From contig NZ_JARCJD010000005.1 in assembly GCF_028890115.1 (NCBI RefSeq), positions 145,880-209,879 on the forward strand: a stretch of 64,000 bases of DNA, written 5' to 3'. The notes beneath the pieces are model-generated. The model saw only the letters and a program-made list of their open reading frames with translations, did no database searches and had not been told where the DNA came from. The DNA is from Phaeobacter sp. QD34_24. Its GTDB lineage: Bacteria > Pseudomonadota > Alphaproteobacteria > Rhodobacterales > Rhodobacteraceae. This document shows, piece by piece, positions 28,394 to 38,090 of this stretch; positions within the stretch are counted from its first letter, which is position 1; every line of letters begins with the position of its first letter. A program made the position numbers and the translations under genes.

Positions 28394-28999
28394 TTGGCCG
28401 ATCTCACCCTGTTTCACACCGCCAAGGCGCATGTGGAGACCTTCGACCGCCTCGCCCCGGATGCGGATCTAACCCATGTGGTGCGCCCCGACTGGCTGGA
28501 ACGCGCCCAGGGCGGCATAGATGCAGCGCTGCGCCAAGACATCACCCAGGCCATTCAGGCCGTTCAGGGTCCGGTTTTGTGCAGTTGCACCACCATCGGT
28601 GATGTGGCTGAAAAGGCAGGCGCCACCCGCATTGACTGGCCAATGATGCAAAAGGCCGCCGAAATCGGCGGGCCGGTGATGCTGGCCTATTGTCTCGATA
28701 GCACCCGCGCGCCCTCCACCGCTCTGTTGGAACGTGCCTTTCGGGAGCGGGGCAAGAGCGCAGAGATACGCGCCCTGCCGCTGACCGGCCTGTGGCATCA
28801 CTTCACGGATGGCAACAACGATGCGTTTCACAGGCAGATCGCCACTTGGGTGAACACCTCCCTCACCCTGGTCGCAGACACCTCCTGCGTGGTGCTGGCG
28901 CAGGCCTCGATGGCGGGGGCCGCCCCATTGATCGACAGCACCGTACCGGTGCTGACCTCGCCCGACACCGCGGTCCGCGCGCTATTGAAGGACGCCTAG
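28394..28999 (+). CDS. Asp/Glu/hydantoin racemase-superfamily-like protein (tentative)
   Basis: ~201 aa from a TTG start (GGAGG RBS 6 nt upstream): MADLTLFHTAKAHVETFDRLAPDADLTHVVRPDWLER... with VLCSCTTIG and VVLAQASMAG blocks reminiscent of the two half-site motifs of this superfamily. Family assignment is uncertain. Confidence 0.4.
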   Translation: MADLTLFHTAKAHVETFDRLAPDADLTHVVRPDWLERAQGGIDAALRQDITQAIQAVQGPVLCSCTTIGDVAEKAGATRIDWPMMQKAAEIGGPVMLAYCLDSTRAPSTALLERAFRERGKSAEIRALPLTGLWHHFTDGNNDAFHRQIATWVNTSLTLVADTSCVVLAQASMAGAAPLIDSTVPVLTSPDTAVRALLKDA

Positions 29000-29448
29000 G
29001 CGCGCATGTCCTTGGGCGAGCCCATTACGACATAGGTGGTGATCGCCGTCACATAGGGGGAGGTGCCCAGAATATCCGTGTGAAACCGCTTGTAGCTGGG
29101 CAGATCGGCGCATTCGACGCGCAGAAGATACTCGATGGTACCGGTGATATTGTGGCACTCCACCACCTCGGGCGCGGCCTGCATGGCGCGTTCGAAGGCC
29201 TCCTGCGCCTCCTTGGTGTGCTCGCCGAGGCCCACGCCGATATAAGTGACAAACCCCACCCCCATCGCCTCGCGGTCCAGAACAGCCTTGTAGCCGGTGA
29301 TGACGCCTGTTCGCTCCAGCTCCTGCACCCGGCGCAGACAGGCCGAAGGCGACAGGCCCACACGTTCGGCCAATTCAAGATTGCTGATCCGCCCATCGCG
29401 GGACAGCTCTTGCAATATCTGCTGATTTATTCGGTCCGTTTTCGCCAT
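28996..29448 (-). CDS. Lrp/AsnC-family transcriptional regulator
   Basis: 150 aa from MAKTDRINQQILQELSRDGRISNLELAERVGLSPSACLRRVQELERTGVITGY... Divergent from the LysE transporter gene. Confidence 0.85.
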   Translation of the reverse strand: MAKTDRINQQILQELSRDGRISNLELAERVGLSPSACLRRVQELERTGVITGYKAVLDREAMGVGFVTYIGVGLGEHTKEAQEAFERAMQAAPEVVECHNITGTIEYLLRVECADLPSYKRFHTDILGTSPYVTAITTYVVMGSPKDMRA

Positions 29449-29512
29449 TGATTGCAAAAATAGAAGGCAGACGCACAAGAACGCAATTTCATTTTGCGTT
29501 TCGCGCGTCAAA

Positions 29513-30118
29513 TTGACGGTCATGACCTATGATCTGATCCTCGCGCTTGCGCTTTTTGCCTTCGTCTCCTCGATCACGCCGGGGCCCAACAACCTGATGC
29601 TGATGGCCTCGGGTGCGAATTTCGGGTTCCGCCGCACCATCCCGCATATGCTGGGGGTGGCGCTGGGATTTGTCTTCATGGTGATTCTGGTGGGCGCCGG
29701 GCTGATCCAGATCTTCGACGCCTTCCCGATCAGCTATACCGTTCTCAAGGTGGTCTCGGTTCTCTACCTGCTGTACCTGGCGTGGAAGATCGCCAATGCG
29801 GGACCGGCAGAGACCGGCGACACCAAAGGGCGCCCGATGACATTCGTGCAGGCCGCCGCCTTTCAATGGGTCAATCCAAAGGCCTGGGCGATGGCGCTGA
29901 CCTCGATCAGTGCCTATGCGCCGGATCAGACCATCTGGGCGATCCTCCTGGTGGCCGCGCTTTTTGGCGCGATCAACCTGCCCTCGGTCAGCTCCTGGAC
30001 CGTGCTGGGGCAACAGATGGCCCGTATTCTGACCAATCCGCGCCGCCTGACCCTGTTCAACTGGGTGATGGCCGGCTTGCTGGTTGCCTCGCTCTACCCG
30101 GTGATCTGGCCGACCTGA
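29513..30118 (+). CDS. LysE/RhtB-family amino-acid exporter
   Basis: 201 aa; signature N-terminus ...FVSSITPGPNNLMLMASG... and six TM helices. Confidence 0.8.
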   Translation: MTVMTYDLILALALFAFVSSITPGPNNLMLMASGANFGFRRTIPHMLGVALGFVFMVILVGAGLIQIFDAFPISYTVLKVVSVLYLLYLAWKIANAGPAETGDTKGRPMTFVQAAAFQWVNPKAWAMALTSISAYAPDQTIWAILLVAALFGAINLPSVSSWTVLGQQMARILTNPRRLTLFNWVMAGLLVASLYPVIWPT

Positions 30119-30230
30119 GGCTATGTGCGCCCCGTAATCCGCAGCCCAAATTGCAGGCCTGCCGCATCTGCCGAGTTGCATCTGCGCCCACACAAGGCCA
30201 TATACGGCGAAACCGCGTGAGCGAGGCGAC

Positions 30231-31193
30231 ATGACCCAATATCTGGAATTCGAAAAACCGCTGGCCGAAATCGAGGGCAAGGCAGAAGAGCTGCGCGCTC
30301 TGGCCCGCACCAACGAAGAGATGGATGTGGCCGACGAGGCCGCGGCCCTGGATGCCAAGGCCGCCCAGTTGTTGAAGGACCTCTACAAGGACCTGACGCC
30401 CTGGCGGAAATGCCAGGTGGCCCGTCACCCCGAGCGCCCTCATTGCAAGGATTACATCGAGGCGCTGTTCACCGAATACACCCCCCTGGCGGGCGACCGG
30501 AACTTCGCCGATGACCTCGCCGTGATGGGCGGTCTTGCACGTTTCAACGATCAGCCGGTGATGGTGATCGGCCATGAGAAGGGCGCCGACACCAAGTCGC
30601 GCATCGCCCATAACTTTGGCATGGCCCGCCCCGAAGGCTACCGCAAGGCGGTGCGCCTGATGGAGATGGCGGGCCGTTTTGGTCTGCCGGTCATTACCCT
30701 GGTCGATACCACTGGCGCCTACCCCGGCAAGGGGGCCGAGGAACGCGGCCAGTCCGAGGCGATCGCCCGCTCCACCGAGATGAGCCTAAAGATCGGCGTG
30801 CCTGTCGTATCCGTCATCATCGGTGAAGGCGGATCGGGTGGTGCCGTTGCCTTTGCCACGGCGAACCGCGTCGCCATGCTGGAACATGCGGTCTACTCGG
30901 TGATCAGCCCCGAAGGCTGCGCCTCGATCCTGTGGAAGGACGCCGAGAAGATGCGCGAAGCCGCCGAGGCGCTGCGCCTGACCGCGCAGAACCTTCTGGA
31001 ACTGGCCGTCATCGACCGCATCATTGCCGAACCGATGGGTGGCGCCCATCGCGATGCCAAATCCACCATCGATTCTGTCGGCGCCGCGATCACCGCGATG
31101 CTGGACGAGTTGAAAGGCAAGGACGGTGCCGCGCTGATCAAGGACCGCCGCCAGAAGTTCCTTGATATCGGCTCTAAAGGGCTGGCGGCTTGA
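30231..31193 (+). CDS. accA: Acetyl-CoA carboxylase carboxyltransferase subunit alpha
   Basis: 320 aa: [25 protein letters not shown]... with the carboxyltransferase domain ([27 protein letters not shown]). Confidence 0.95.
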   Translation: MTQYLEFEKPLAEIEGKAEELRALARTNEEMDVADEAAALDAKAAQLLKDLYKDLTPWRKCQVARHPERPHCKDYIEALFTEYTPLAGDRNFADDLAVMGGLARFNDQPVMVIGHEKGADTKSRIAHNFGMARPEGYRKAVRLMEMAGRFGLPVITLVDTTGAYPGKGAEERGQSEAIARSTEMSLKIGVPVVSVIIGEGGSGGAVAFATANRVAMLEHAVYSVISPEGCASILWKDAEKMREAAEALRLTAQNLLELAVIDRIIAEPMGGAHRDAKSTIDSVGAAITAMLDELKGKDGAALIKDRRQKFLDIGSKGLAA

Positions 31194-31220
31194 TCACGTC
31201 ACAACAGTCCTGAAACCAGA

Positions 31221-31258
31221 AACACTCCCGCCCAGGTTCAGGCGGGAGTGTTTTCGTT
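31221..31258. terminator. Bidirectional rho-independent terminator between accA and the SPFH gene
   Basis: AACACTCCCGCC-(caggttca)-GGCGGGAGTGTT flanked by an A-run on one side and TTTTCGTTT on the other. Confidence 0.65.
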
Positions 31259-31277
31259 TAGGGTGTTTCACAGCCCG

Positions 31278-32723
31278 CTATTTCTGCGGGTCCTGCGAGA
31301 TGTTGCGGTCGTAGTCCAGGCGCTCGGCGGCCTGCAGGGTCAGGATCTGGAACAGGCGCGACGCCTCGTCATCCGATCCGACGGGGGCACCCCCCTCTGC
31401 GGCGCCACCACCCCCGAAGACATAGGTCGGCACATTGCGGCGGGCAAAGGCTTCGGCCCACAGGCGCTGGATCTCCACCTCGGCGTCGAGTTTCTGCGCC
31501 AGGGCATTGTCCGCCTCCAGGATCTGTTGCTTGGCATAGGCTTCCGCCTCGGCGGCGACTCTTACGGCCTCGGCATCGATGCGGGCCTTCTCCAGCAGGA
31601 TTTCGGACTGTTCGCGCGCGATCCGCGCGGCTTCGCGTTCGCGTTCCGCCGCGGTGATGGCCAGTTGTTTTTCGGTCTCAGCGTCGGTGGTGCGTTCGAT
31701 CTGGATCACCTTGGCGGCGGCCTGACGTTCCGCCACTTCCCGTTCACCCCGCGCCACTGCCAGGAGCTTTTGTTCTTCTTCCTGAATGCGCTGTTCGCGG
31801 GCGATGGCCCGATCCGCCGCCGCCTGCTGGCGCAGTGCCATCCGGTCCTTGAACTTCTGGTTGGGGTTCACATCCGTGACCCGTGCCGAGGTCACCGAGA
31901 TACCGAACTTCGTAAAGCTCTGTTCCTTGCGGCGCGGCTGGCCCGTCTCATCCAGCAGCTTTTGCACCACAAAGATCGTCTTGGAGTCATCTCCATATTG
32001 CTCCTGGTTTTCCCCCAAGGCGGCATTGGCGCTACCGCGGCGGTCGGCCTCGGCCGAAACCCGCTGTTCGATCCGGCGCACCAGGTAGATGCCGTTTTCC
32101 ATCTGTCGCTGGAATTCATTGTTGAATTCGGTCTTGCCGCCCTGGAAGTAGTCTTCCGCCGACATCAGGGCGGCCGTCGCCCCGAGGGTTTCCTCAAATG
32201 CGGGAACCAGTTCGGTGCGCAGAAGGTTTTCCGGGGTGCGGTACTGGCGGGCCAGGCGCAGGAAGGCCTCCTGATCGCTTGGCAGCTCAAAACGCGCGGT
32301 GGCCGAGACGAAGGCATCCACCTGGTCGAGGAAGACAAGCGACTTCGGAGACAGGTTCGCGCTCATCTGGCTGCTGTCGGTTTCCGCCGTGACCTCGCCC
32401 CGCCCCGTGGCCGATGCCTGCACCGACATGGCGTTCTTCCAGGCATTGTAACGCCCGAACAGATAGAGGTTATAGCCGGTGTCCGAGACCATCTTCTCTT
32501 CGCCGAGGATGGTGCGCACGTGGTATTTGAAGCCGGGTTCGGCATAGAAGAACATACCCTGGAAGGTGGAGAGGACAAAAAGGAGAATACCGCCCACCTT
32601 GACCGCCCAACCGGCCATGTTGACGGCACCGTCCAGATTGGGGTTGTCGGGGAAATCAAGGCTGCGGCGAATGACAAACCCTGCGGCAATGATGAAAAGA
32701 CCGAGTATTGGCATAAAGAGCAT
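31278..32723 (-). CDS. SPFH/band-7 (flotillin-like) domain membrane protein with long coiled-coil
   Basis: 481 aa from MLFMPILGLFIIAAGFVIRR: two N-terminal TM helices, an SPFH domain, then a ~150-aa E/R/A-rich coiled coil (REQRIQEEEQKLLAVARGEREVAERQAAAK...). Confidence 0.75.
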   Translation of the reverse strand: MLFMPILGLFIIAAGFVIRRSLDFPDNPNLDGAVNMAGWAVKVGGILLFVLSTFQGMFFYAEPGFKYHVRTILGEEKMVSDTGYNLYLFGRYNAWKNAMSVQASATGRGEVTAETDSSQMSANLSPKSLVFLDQVDAFVSATARFELPSDQEAFLRLARQYRTPENLLRTELVPAFEETLGATAALMSAEDYFQGGKTEFNNEFQRQMENGIYLVRRIEQRVSAEADRRGSANAALGENQEQYGDDSKTIFVVQKLLDETGQPRRKEQSFTKFGISVTSARVTDVNPNQKFKDRMALRQQAAADRAIAREQRIQEEEQKLLAVARGEREVAERQAAAKVIQIERTTDAETEKQLAITAAEREREAARIAREQSEILLEKARIDAEAVRVAAEAEAYAKQQILEADNALAQKLDAEVEIQRLWAEAFARRNVPTYVFGGGGAAEGGAPVGSDDEASRLFQILTLQAAERLDYDRNISQDPQK

Positions 32724-32912
32724 TCGAAAAATCCATCCAAGATAAAGGCAAACTGTCGAGCACGGCCCCGCGTGGTGCCGCGATGTCGTCAAGCATACGG
32801 CGCAGACGCCCTATCTGCCCATGGGAATTTCCGGCGGCCTTTGTCCACTGGTGCCAGGGATGCGCCCGGATTTGGCCGGATGTGATCTGATTTGGCGGGA
32901 TCTAGCCGGGAC

Positions 32913-33566
32913 CTAGCCTGCCAGCAGACGCAATCCTTGCGTCACATCGGATCGAACCGCCAGCCGCAACCCCGGCTCATCCCCCGCCTTCAGCGCGGCG
33001 ATGATCAGCTTGTGATTGTGCGGCGGCTCGGTGCGGCGCAGACGGCCATAGAGCGCGCGCATGGTGGGACCCAGTTGCAGCCAGACGGTTTCCGCCATCG
33101 CCAGCATGGCCGGGGCCTGCGCGCGCAGGTAAAGCGTGCGATGGAATTCCAGATTGGCCCGGATATAGCCCACCGCATCCCGTTTGGAGACCATCTCGGC
33201 CACGGTGACATTGATCGCCTGCAACCGGTCGATCAGCGCCATATGGGCGCGCGGCAACGCCCGGCTGGAGAGTTCCACCTCCAACAGCGATCTGAGGGCA
33301 GCCAGTTCCTCGATCCGCTCGTTGCTCAGCTCCGGCGTCGACACCCGGCCGGAGGAGGACAGGAACAGCGCGCCTTCGGCCACCAGGCGACGCACCGCTT
33401 CGCGCGCGGGCGTCATCGAGACATCGAATTCGCGACCGATCCCGCGCAGGGTTAAAGCTTCCCCCGGTGCGATCTCCCCATGCATGATACGGGTGCGCAA
33501 CGTCCGGTAGACCCGGTCATGGGCCGAAGACAGCCCTTCAGAGGTTGAACGTGAGGGTAAAGACAT
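32913..33566 (-). CDS. GntR-family (FadR/FCD subfamily) transcriptional regulator
   Basis: 217 aa; N-terminal winged HTH (VYRTLRTRIMHGEIAPGEALTLRGIGREFDVSMTPAREAVRRLVAEG) and a C-terminal FCD domain. Confidence 0.8.
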   Translation of the reverse strand: MSLPSRSTSEGLSSAHDRVYRTLRTRIMHGEIAPGEALTLRGIGREFDVSMTPAREAVRRLVAEGALFLSSSGRVSTPELSNERIEELAALRSLLEVELSSRALPRAHMALIDRLQAINVTVAEMVSKRDAVGYIRANLEFHRTLYLRAQAPAMLAMAETVWLQLGPTMRALYGRLRRTEPPHNHKLIIAALKAGDEPGLRLAVRSDVTQGLRLLAG

Positions 33567-33640
33567 AGCCTGTTGTGATCACAAATGGATCAGAGGTCAA
33601 TCCCGGAACCGCAAGGGGCTTTCAGCCCCCCGCGCCAGTC

Positions 33641-34327
33641 TCAAGACCCGAACCGGTAGCGGTGCAGCGCACTGCCATTCTCCCGCAGCCAGGCGCGCGG
33701 TGCCGCGTAGTCTCCGTAAAGATCCTCCACCAGCGACCAGAAGGCGGCAGAGTGGTTCATTTCCTGCAGATGCGCCACCTCATGGGCCGCAACATAGCGC
33801 AGCACCTCCGCCGGGGCGAGGATCAGGCGCCATGAATACATCAAGGCCCCGGCAGAAGAGCACGAGCCCCAGCGCGACCGCGTGTCGCGCAGCACGATCC
33901 GCGAAAACCCGCGCCCCAGCCGCGCGGCATATTCGTCCGAAGCCCCGGCCAGACGGTCCCGCGCCAGTTCCCGCAAGTATCGCTCCAACGGCTTTGCAGG
34001 ACGCGCCCCGGGCACGGCAATCTCGCCCCCGGTGATGCGCACGCCGCGCCCCTGCCCCGGCACAACCTGCAATTCTTGCCCCGCAACGGGCAGCAGGGTT
34101 CCGAATGTCACATCCACATTATCGGGACGCCGCGCCAGATGGCCCCGGATCCAGCCTTCCTTCTCGACCGCAAACTCCAGCGCCTCGCGTTCCGGCAGGG
34201 TCCTGGGCAGGGTGATCGTGACACGCCCGTCCAAGGATGAGACCCTGAGACTGATCCGCCGCGCACGGGCAGAGCGGCGTAGAATCAGCGGCACCGGCGG
34301 GTCTCCTGGCAGGTGATGGGCGCTCAT
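33641..34327 (-). CDS. YgjP-like (DUF45) metal-dependent hydrolase
   Basis: 229 aa; RRISLRV... and the HExxH-like block YVAAHEVAHLQEMNHSAAFWSLVE. Confidence 0.7.
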   Translation of the reverse strand: MSAHHLPGDPPVPLILRRSARARRISLRVSSLDGRVTITLPRTLPEREALEFAVEKEGWIRGHLARRPDNVDVTFGTLLPVAGQELQVVPGQGRGVRITGGEIAVPGARPAKPLERYLRELARDRLAGASDEYAARLGRGFSRIVLRDTRSRWGSCSSAGALMYSWRLILAPAEVLRYVAAHEVAHLQEMNHSAAFWSLVEDLYGDYAAPRAWLRENGSALHRYRFGS

Positions 34328-34423
34328 CGGCTCTCCTTTGCGGCAAAGGCTTTGACAGTGCATCCCTCATATGGCAAGGCACCTGAATCGTCTACGACTC
34401 ACCAGTAAATCAAGGGGATCCAC

Positions 34424-34747
34424 ATGCCCAAGGAAGAATGGGGTGTAAAGCGCGTTTGCCCGACCACCGGAAAACGCTTTTATGACCTGAACAAGGACCC
34501 GATCGTCAGCCCCTACACGGGCGAGGTCGTCGCGCTCGACACCGGCAAGAGCCGCATGATCGAAGCCGACTCGGAAGATGCGGCAACGCTGAAAGCCAAG
34601 GAAAACATCGAAGGCGATGACGTGGTTCTGGAGGATGACGAGGACGTCGATCTGGATCTGGGCGATGATGTTCTGGACGATGACGATGATGACAACGTCT
34701 CGCTGGACGACATCGCGGATGTAGCCTCCGAAGACGACGAGTCCTGA
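34424..34747 (+). CDS. FYDLN_acid family protein (TIGR02300), zinc-ribbon plus acidic tail
   Basis: 107 aa: MPKEEWGVKRVCPTTGKRFYDLNKDPIVSPYTGEVV...DDDDDDNVSLDDIADVASEDDES. Confidence 0.75.
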   Translation: MPKEEWGVKRVCPTTGKRFYDLNKDPIVSPYTGEVVALDTGKSRMIEADSEDAATLKAKENIEGDDVVLEDDEDVDLDLGDDVLDDDDDDNVSLDDIADVASEDDES

Positions 34748-34947
34748 TCCGATCCGGCGGTATGGAGGGCAGAACCACCTGCCCTCCCGGCACCGCGTCC
34801 AAAGGCATTTTGAGGCCCTGCTTCAAGCCAGAGGACAGCGACCGAAAAAATCTCTGAACGATGATGCATTTTGCGCTTGCAGCCTGCGCCATCGTCCCTT
34901 AAACGACCTCTCACACCGATAAGGCAGCCGCCAAATCGGATGGAAAT

Positions 34948-35023
34948 GGGGCCTTAGCTCAGCTGGGAGAGCGCCTGCATGGCATGCAGGAGGTCAGCGG
35001 TTCGATCCCGCTAGGCTCCACCA
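34948..35023 (+). tRNA. tRNA-Ala (anticodon GGC)
   Basis: GGGGCCTTAGCTCAGCTGGGAGAGCGCCTGCATGGCATGCAGGAGGTCAGCGGTTCGATCCCGCTAGGCTCCACCA. Cloverleaf with 7-bp acceptor stem, anticodon loop AT-GGC-AT, T-loop GGTTCGATCC and an encoded CCA. Confidence 0.9.
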
Positions 35024-35130
35024 TTTCTCCAAATTTCACCAGCACATATCCCGCCTCTGGGCCGGGTCATTGATGTGCGCTTTCTCGGTCGACGCGTGAT
35101 TGGCACGGCCGCTCAGGCACGCGCCCTGCG

Positions 35131-35478
35131 TCAGCCCTCGCTTTTCTGCCAGGGCGGCGAAATGGGGGCGCCGTTGACGCGCACCTCACCCTGTTCATTG
35201 TCCAGCACCACGGGGTTGTCGAAGATCTCCAGCGTCGGACGCACGCCGAACCGGCCCTCCATCCAGTCCGCCCAGCCATCATGGAACCAGGCCTCTGCAT
35301 CGGCGCGGGTGGCGAATTCGTAGATACCACCGCCGCCTGCCGCGCAGTTGAGGAAGTACTTGCGGCGCAGCCCCTTGACCTCATGAAAGATCTTCGTGGC
35401 CTCGACGGATTGCCCTGTGACCAGGTCGGTGTCCCGTTTCGGTCCCTCCAAAGGGATTCTGACGATAGCGATTATCAT
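35131..35478 (-). CDS. YdhR-family putative monooxygenase (dimeric alpha+beta barrel)
   Basis: 115 aa; the GGGIYEFATRADAEAWF block matches the YdhR family pattern. Confidence 0.5.
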   Translation of the reverse strand: MIIAIVRIPLEGPKRDTDLVTGQSVEATKIFHEVKGLRRKYFLNCAAGGGGIYEFATRADAEAWFHDGWADWMEGRFGVRPTLEIFDNPVVLDNEQGEVRVNGAPISPPWQKSEG

Positions 35479-35544
35479 GGCGATGGCCCTCCCCTGCCCG
35501 CGGCAAGTCTAAGGCCATCGCCCCGTGCGATACAATCGCACCTG

Positions 35545-36873
35545 TCAGCCTTGCGGCAAGGATGCCGTGATTGCCAGCTCAAGCTTGTCGACCACTTCGG
35601 TGATTTGCTCGTCACTGATGATGAAGGGCGGCGCCAGGAGGATGTGATCGCCCATGCGGCCATCACGGGTGCCGGACATCGGATAGCAGATAAGACCCGC
35701 CTCAAACGCGGCCTTCTTGATCTTTGCCGCCAGCCCCAGCGCGGGGTCAAACGGCGTTTTGCCGACACGGTCCTGAACCAGTTCGATCCCGCGGAACAGC
35801 CCGCGACCGCGAATATCCCCCACTTGGGCATGCTGGCCGAAGCGATCCTCCAGCGCCGCCTGCAGACGCGCGCCCTTCGTGGCGCAGCGGGAAATCAGAT
35901 CGCGCTCCAGCATCTGGCGCACCACCGCCAGACCGGCGGCCGTGGCCACCGGATGGCCGATATAGGTGTGCCCGTGCTGGAAGAAGCCGCTGCCGCCCTC
36001 GATTGCCTCGTACATCTGCCGGGAACAGAGCATCGCGCCGATCGGCTGATAGCCGGCGCCAAGCCCCTTGGCGATGCAGAGGATATCGGGGGAAACCCCG
36101 TCTGCCTCGCAGGCGAACAGATGCCCGGTTCGGCCCATGCCGCACATGACCTCATCCAGGATTAACAGCACGCCGTATTGGTCACAGATCTCGCGGATGC
36201 GCTTGAAATAGCCTTCAACCGCAGGCACCGCTCCCGAGGTCGCACCCACCACCGGCTCCGCCATGAAGGCCATGACCGTTTCCGGCCCCAGGCGCAGGAT
36301 CTCGGCCTCCAACTCGTTCGCGACACGCTGACCGTAATCGAAACTGCTCTCGCCCTCGGCCCGGTCCACATATTCATAGCAGGGCGCGATATGGGAGACC
36401 CCGATCAGAAGCGGGTCGAACTGCTGGCGCCGCCAGGCATTGCCGCCCGCCGCAAGGGCACCCAGGGTGTTGCCGTGATAGCTTTGCCGCCGCGCGATCA
36501 GATGGCGGCGCTCCGGCTCGCCCTTTTCAAGGAAATACTGTCGCGCCAGCTTGATCGCAGATTCGGTCGCTTCCGAACCGCCGGAAACAAAATAGACCCG
36601 GTCCAGATCCCCCGGCGCATTGGCGATCAACAGATCCGCCAGCGCCTCGGCCGGTTCAGAGGTCATGAAGCCGGTATGGGCAAAGGCCAGCTTGCCGACC
36701 TGCTCCTGCACCGCCGCGATCACGGCGGCGTCGGAATGCCCAAGGCACGACACCGCAGCCCCGCCCGAACCATCGAAGTAGCGCTTGCCGGTGGAATCGA
36801 TCAGGTAACAGCCCTCGCCGCCCACGGCGGTTGGCAGCTTCGCCTTGGTGTGACGGGGAAATACATGCGACAT
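35545..36873 (-). CDS. Class III (omega) aminotransferase family protein
   Basis: 442 aa; PLP-lysine region LLILDEVMCGMGRTGHLFACEADGVSPDILCIAKGLGAGY. Confidence 0.85.
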   Translation of the reverse strand: MSHVFPRHTKAKLPTAVGGEGCYLIDSTGKRYFDGSGGAAVSCLGHSDAAVIAAVQEQVGKLAFAHTGFMTSEPAEALADLLIANAPGDLDRVYFVSGGSEATESAIKLARQYFLEKGEPERRHLIARRQSYHGNTLGALAAGGNAWRRQQFDPLLIGVSHIAPCYEYVDRAEGESSFDYGQRVANELEAEILRLGPETVMAFMAEPVVGATSGAVPAVEGYFKRIREICDQYGVLLILDEVMCGMGRTGHLFACEADGVSPDILCIAKGLGAGYQPIGAMLCSRQMYEAIEGGSGFFQHGHTYIGHPVATAAGLAVVRQMLERDLISRCATKGARLQAALEDRFGQHAQVGDIRGRGLFRGIELVQDRVGKTPFDPALGLAAKIKKAAFEAGLICYPMSGTRDGRMGDHILLAPPFIISDEQITEVVDKLELAITASLPQG

Positions 36874-36875
36874 GT

Positions 36876-37634
36876 TCAGCCCTCCTTCAGGCAGTGACCC
36901 GCGGTTTGCGCGGCGTTGACAAGGGCCGCGACCGAGGCTGCATTGTCCTGCAGCAGCGCACCGTCCGGCGTTTCCAGGTTATTCTCAAATCCTATGCGCG
37001 CATCCCCTCCGGCAGCAATCGCCGCGAGTAGGCAGGCGCGTTCATTGCGGCCAAAGGCGCAGGCGGTCCAGGCGAGGTCCAGGTCGGCAGTTGCACTCAG
37101 GAAGCCCGCAAGGTGATCCGGTTCCGCCAGGACGGGCGGCGCGTATTGCCCCAGGACAAAGATCGCCTCCCTCATGCCCGACGGCACGGTCCCGTCCTTG
37201 TACCACGCCCGCAACTGCTGGATGCAGGACGGCCCATATAGAATATGCTGCACCCGGGTGCCCGCCTCGGCGCTGATCGCATAGGCCCGCGCCGCAACAC
37301 CCGGATCCCGCGCCATTTCCCGCACCGAGACCGAGGCCCACGGAGGGCGCAGCTCTTCCAGGCAGTGCAGCTGATCCTGCGGGCCATATACACCCGCGCT
37401 TTCCGTGGTGATCTGCACCGCCATGCCGGGCACGGCCTGCGCAAGCACCGCCAGCGCCTCGCGATAGCGCCCCGCATCCAGCGAGTGCCGCCCGGCGTCG
37501 TCGCGCACATGAAGATGCAAGGCCCCGGCCCCAGCCGCATGGCAGCGGGCGGCGGTCTCAACCACCTCCTCCACCGTGATCGGCAAGGCGGCATGATGCT
37601 GTTTGTCCCGCCGCGCCCCGTTTGGCGCCACCAT
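36876..37634 (-). CDS. BKACE-family (DUF849, 3-keto-5-aminohexanoate-cleavage-enzyme-like) protein
   Basis: ~252 aa from MVAPNGARRDKQHHAALPITVEEVVETAARCHAAGAGALHLHVRDDAGRHSLD..., a TIM-barrel beta-keto acid cleavage enzyme signature. Its stop abuts the aminotransferase start, so they form an operon. Confidence 0.65.
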   Translation of the reverse strand: MVAPNGARRDKQHHAALPITVEEVVETAARCHAAGAGALHLHVRDDAGRHSLDAGRYREALAVLAQAVPGMAVQITTESAGVYGPQDQLHCLEELRPPWASVSVREMARDPGVAARAYAISAEAGTRVQHILYGPSCIQQLRAWYKDGTVPSGMREAIFVLGQYAPPVLAEPDHLAGFLSATADLDLAWTACAFGRNERACLLAAIAAGGDARIGFENNLETPDGALLQDNAASVAALVNAAQTAGHCLKEG

Positions 37635-37950
37635 CACCCTGAAATCCGCCACAAGAAGGCCTCCGTGCAATTGCCTGGCCCCGTCTTGACCGAAATAAAG
37701 AGCGCTCTCAATCACACCAATAAAGATCAAATGATCTTCCTATTCGGTGAGCCTGCTGATACCCGCCTCTGCAGGAGGACCCGTGCTATAAAGGCCACCA
37801 AACGCCGGTTTTCCTGGCAGTCTCCAAGCGGGCATTCATCACAAAAGCAAGAGTCCCCAGCCCGCACCGCCAGCTGCAAAACAAAGGTTCTATGAACAAT
37901 TGCAAGGGGTTAGTCTGTTTACCCCGAAATCTGCTCAACACACGGCTGCT

Positions 37951-37984
37951 CTGGCCACACGGCCCGCCTTCATCTGGACCTATC
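37951..37984 (+). promoter_or_regulatory. Candidate TauR (MocR-type) operator upstream of tpa: direct repeat CTGGCCACAC-n14-CTGGACCTAT
   Basis: Two CTGGnC-containing decamers about 24 nt apart, ~110 nt upstream of the tpa start. Resembles the better pair upstream of xsc. Confidence 0.3.
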
Positions 37985-38090
37985 AGAAATGATCAAATTG
38001 GCGTTTCGTCAGATCTGAGAGAGTCCCACTGCGCCAGGGCAGCCCGGACCGCAACCCGAACAAGAACATAAACCATGGGAAGGACATGTC

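Noticed and set aside
34948-37700. Possible genomic island or integrative element at tRNA-Ala
   Set aside because: No integrase, excisionase, phage or transposase gene. No obvious direct repeat of the tRNA 3' end. GC content of the adjacent genes looks native. Kept only as a low-confidence context note.
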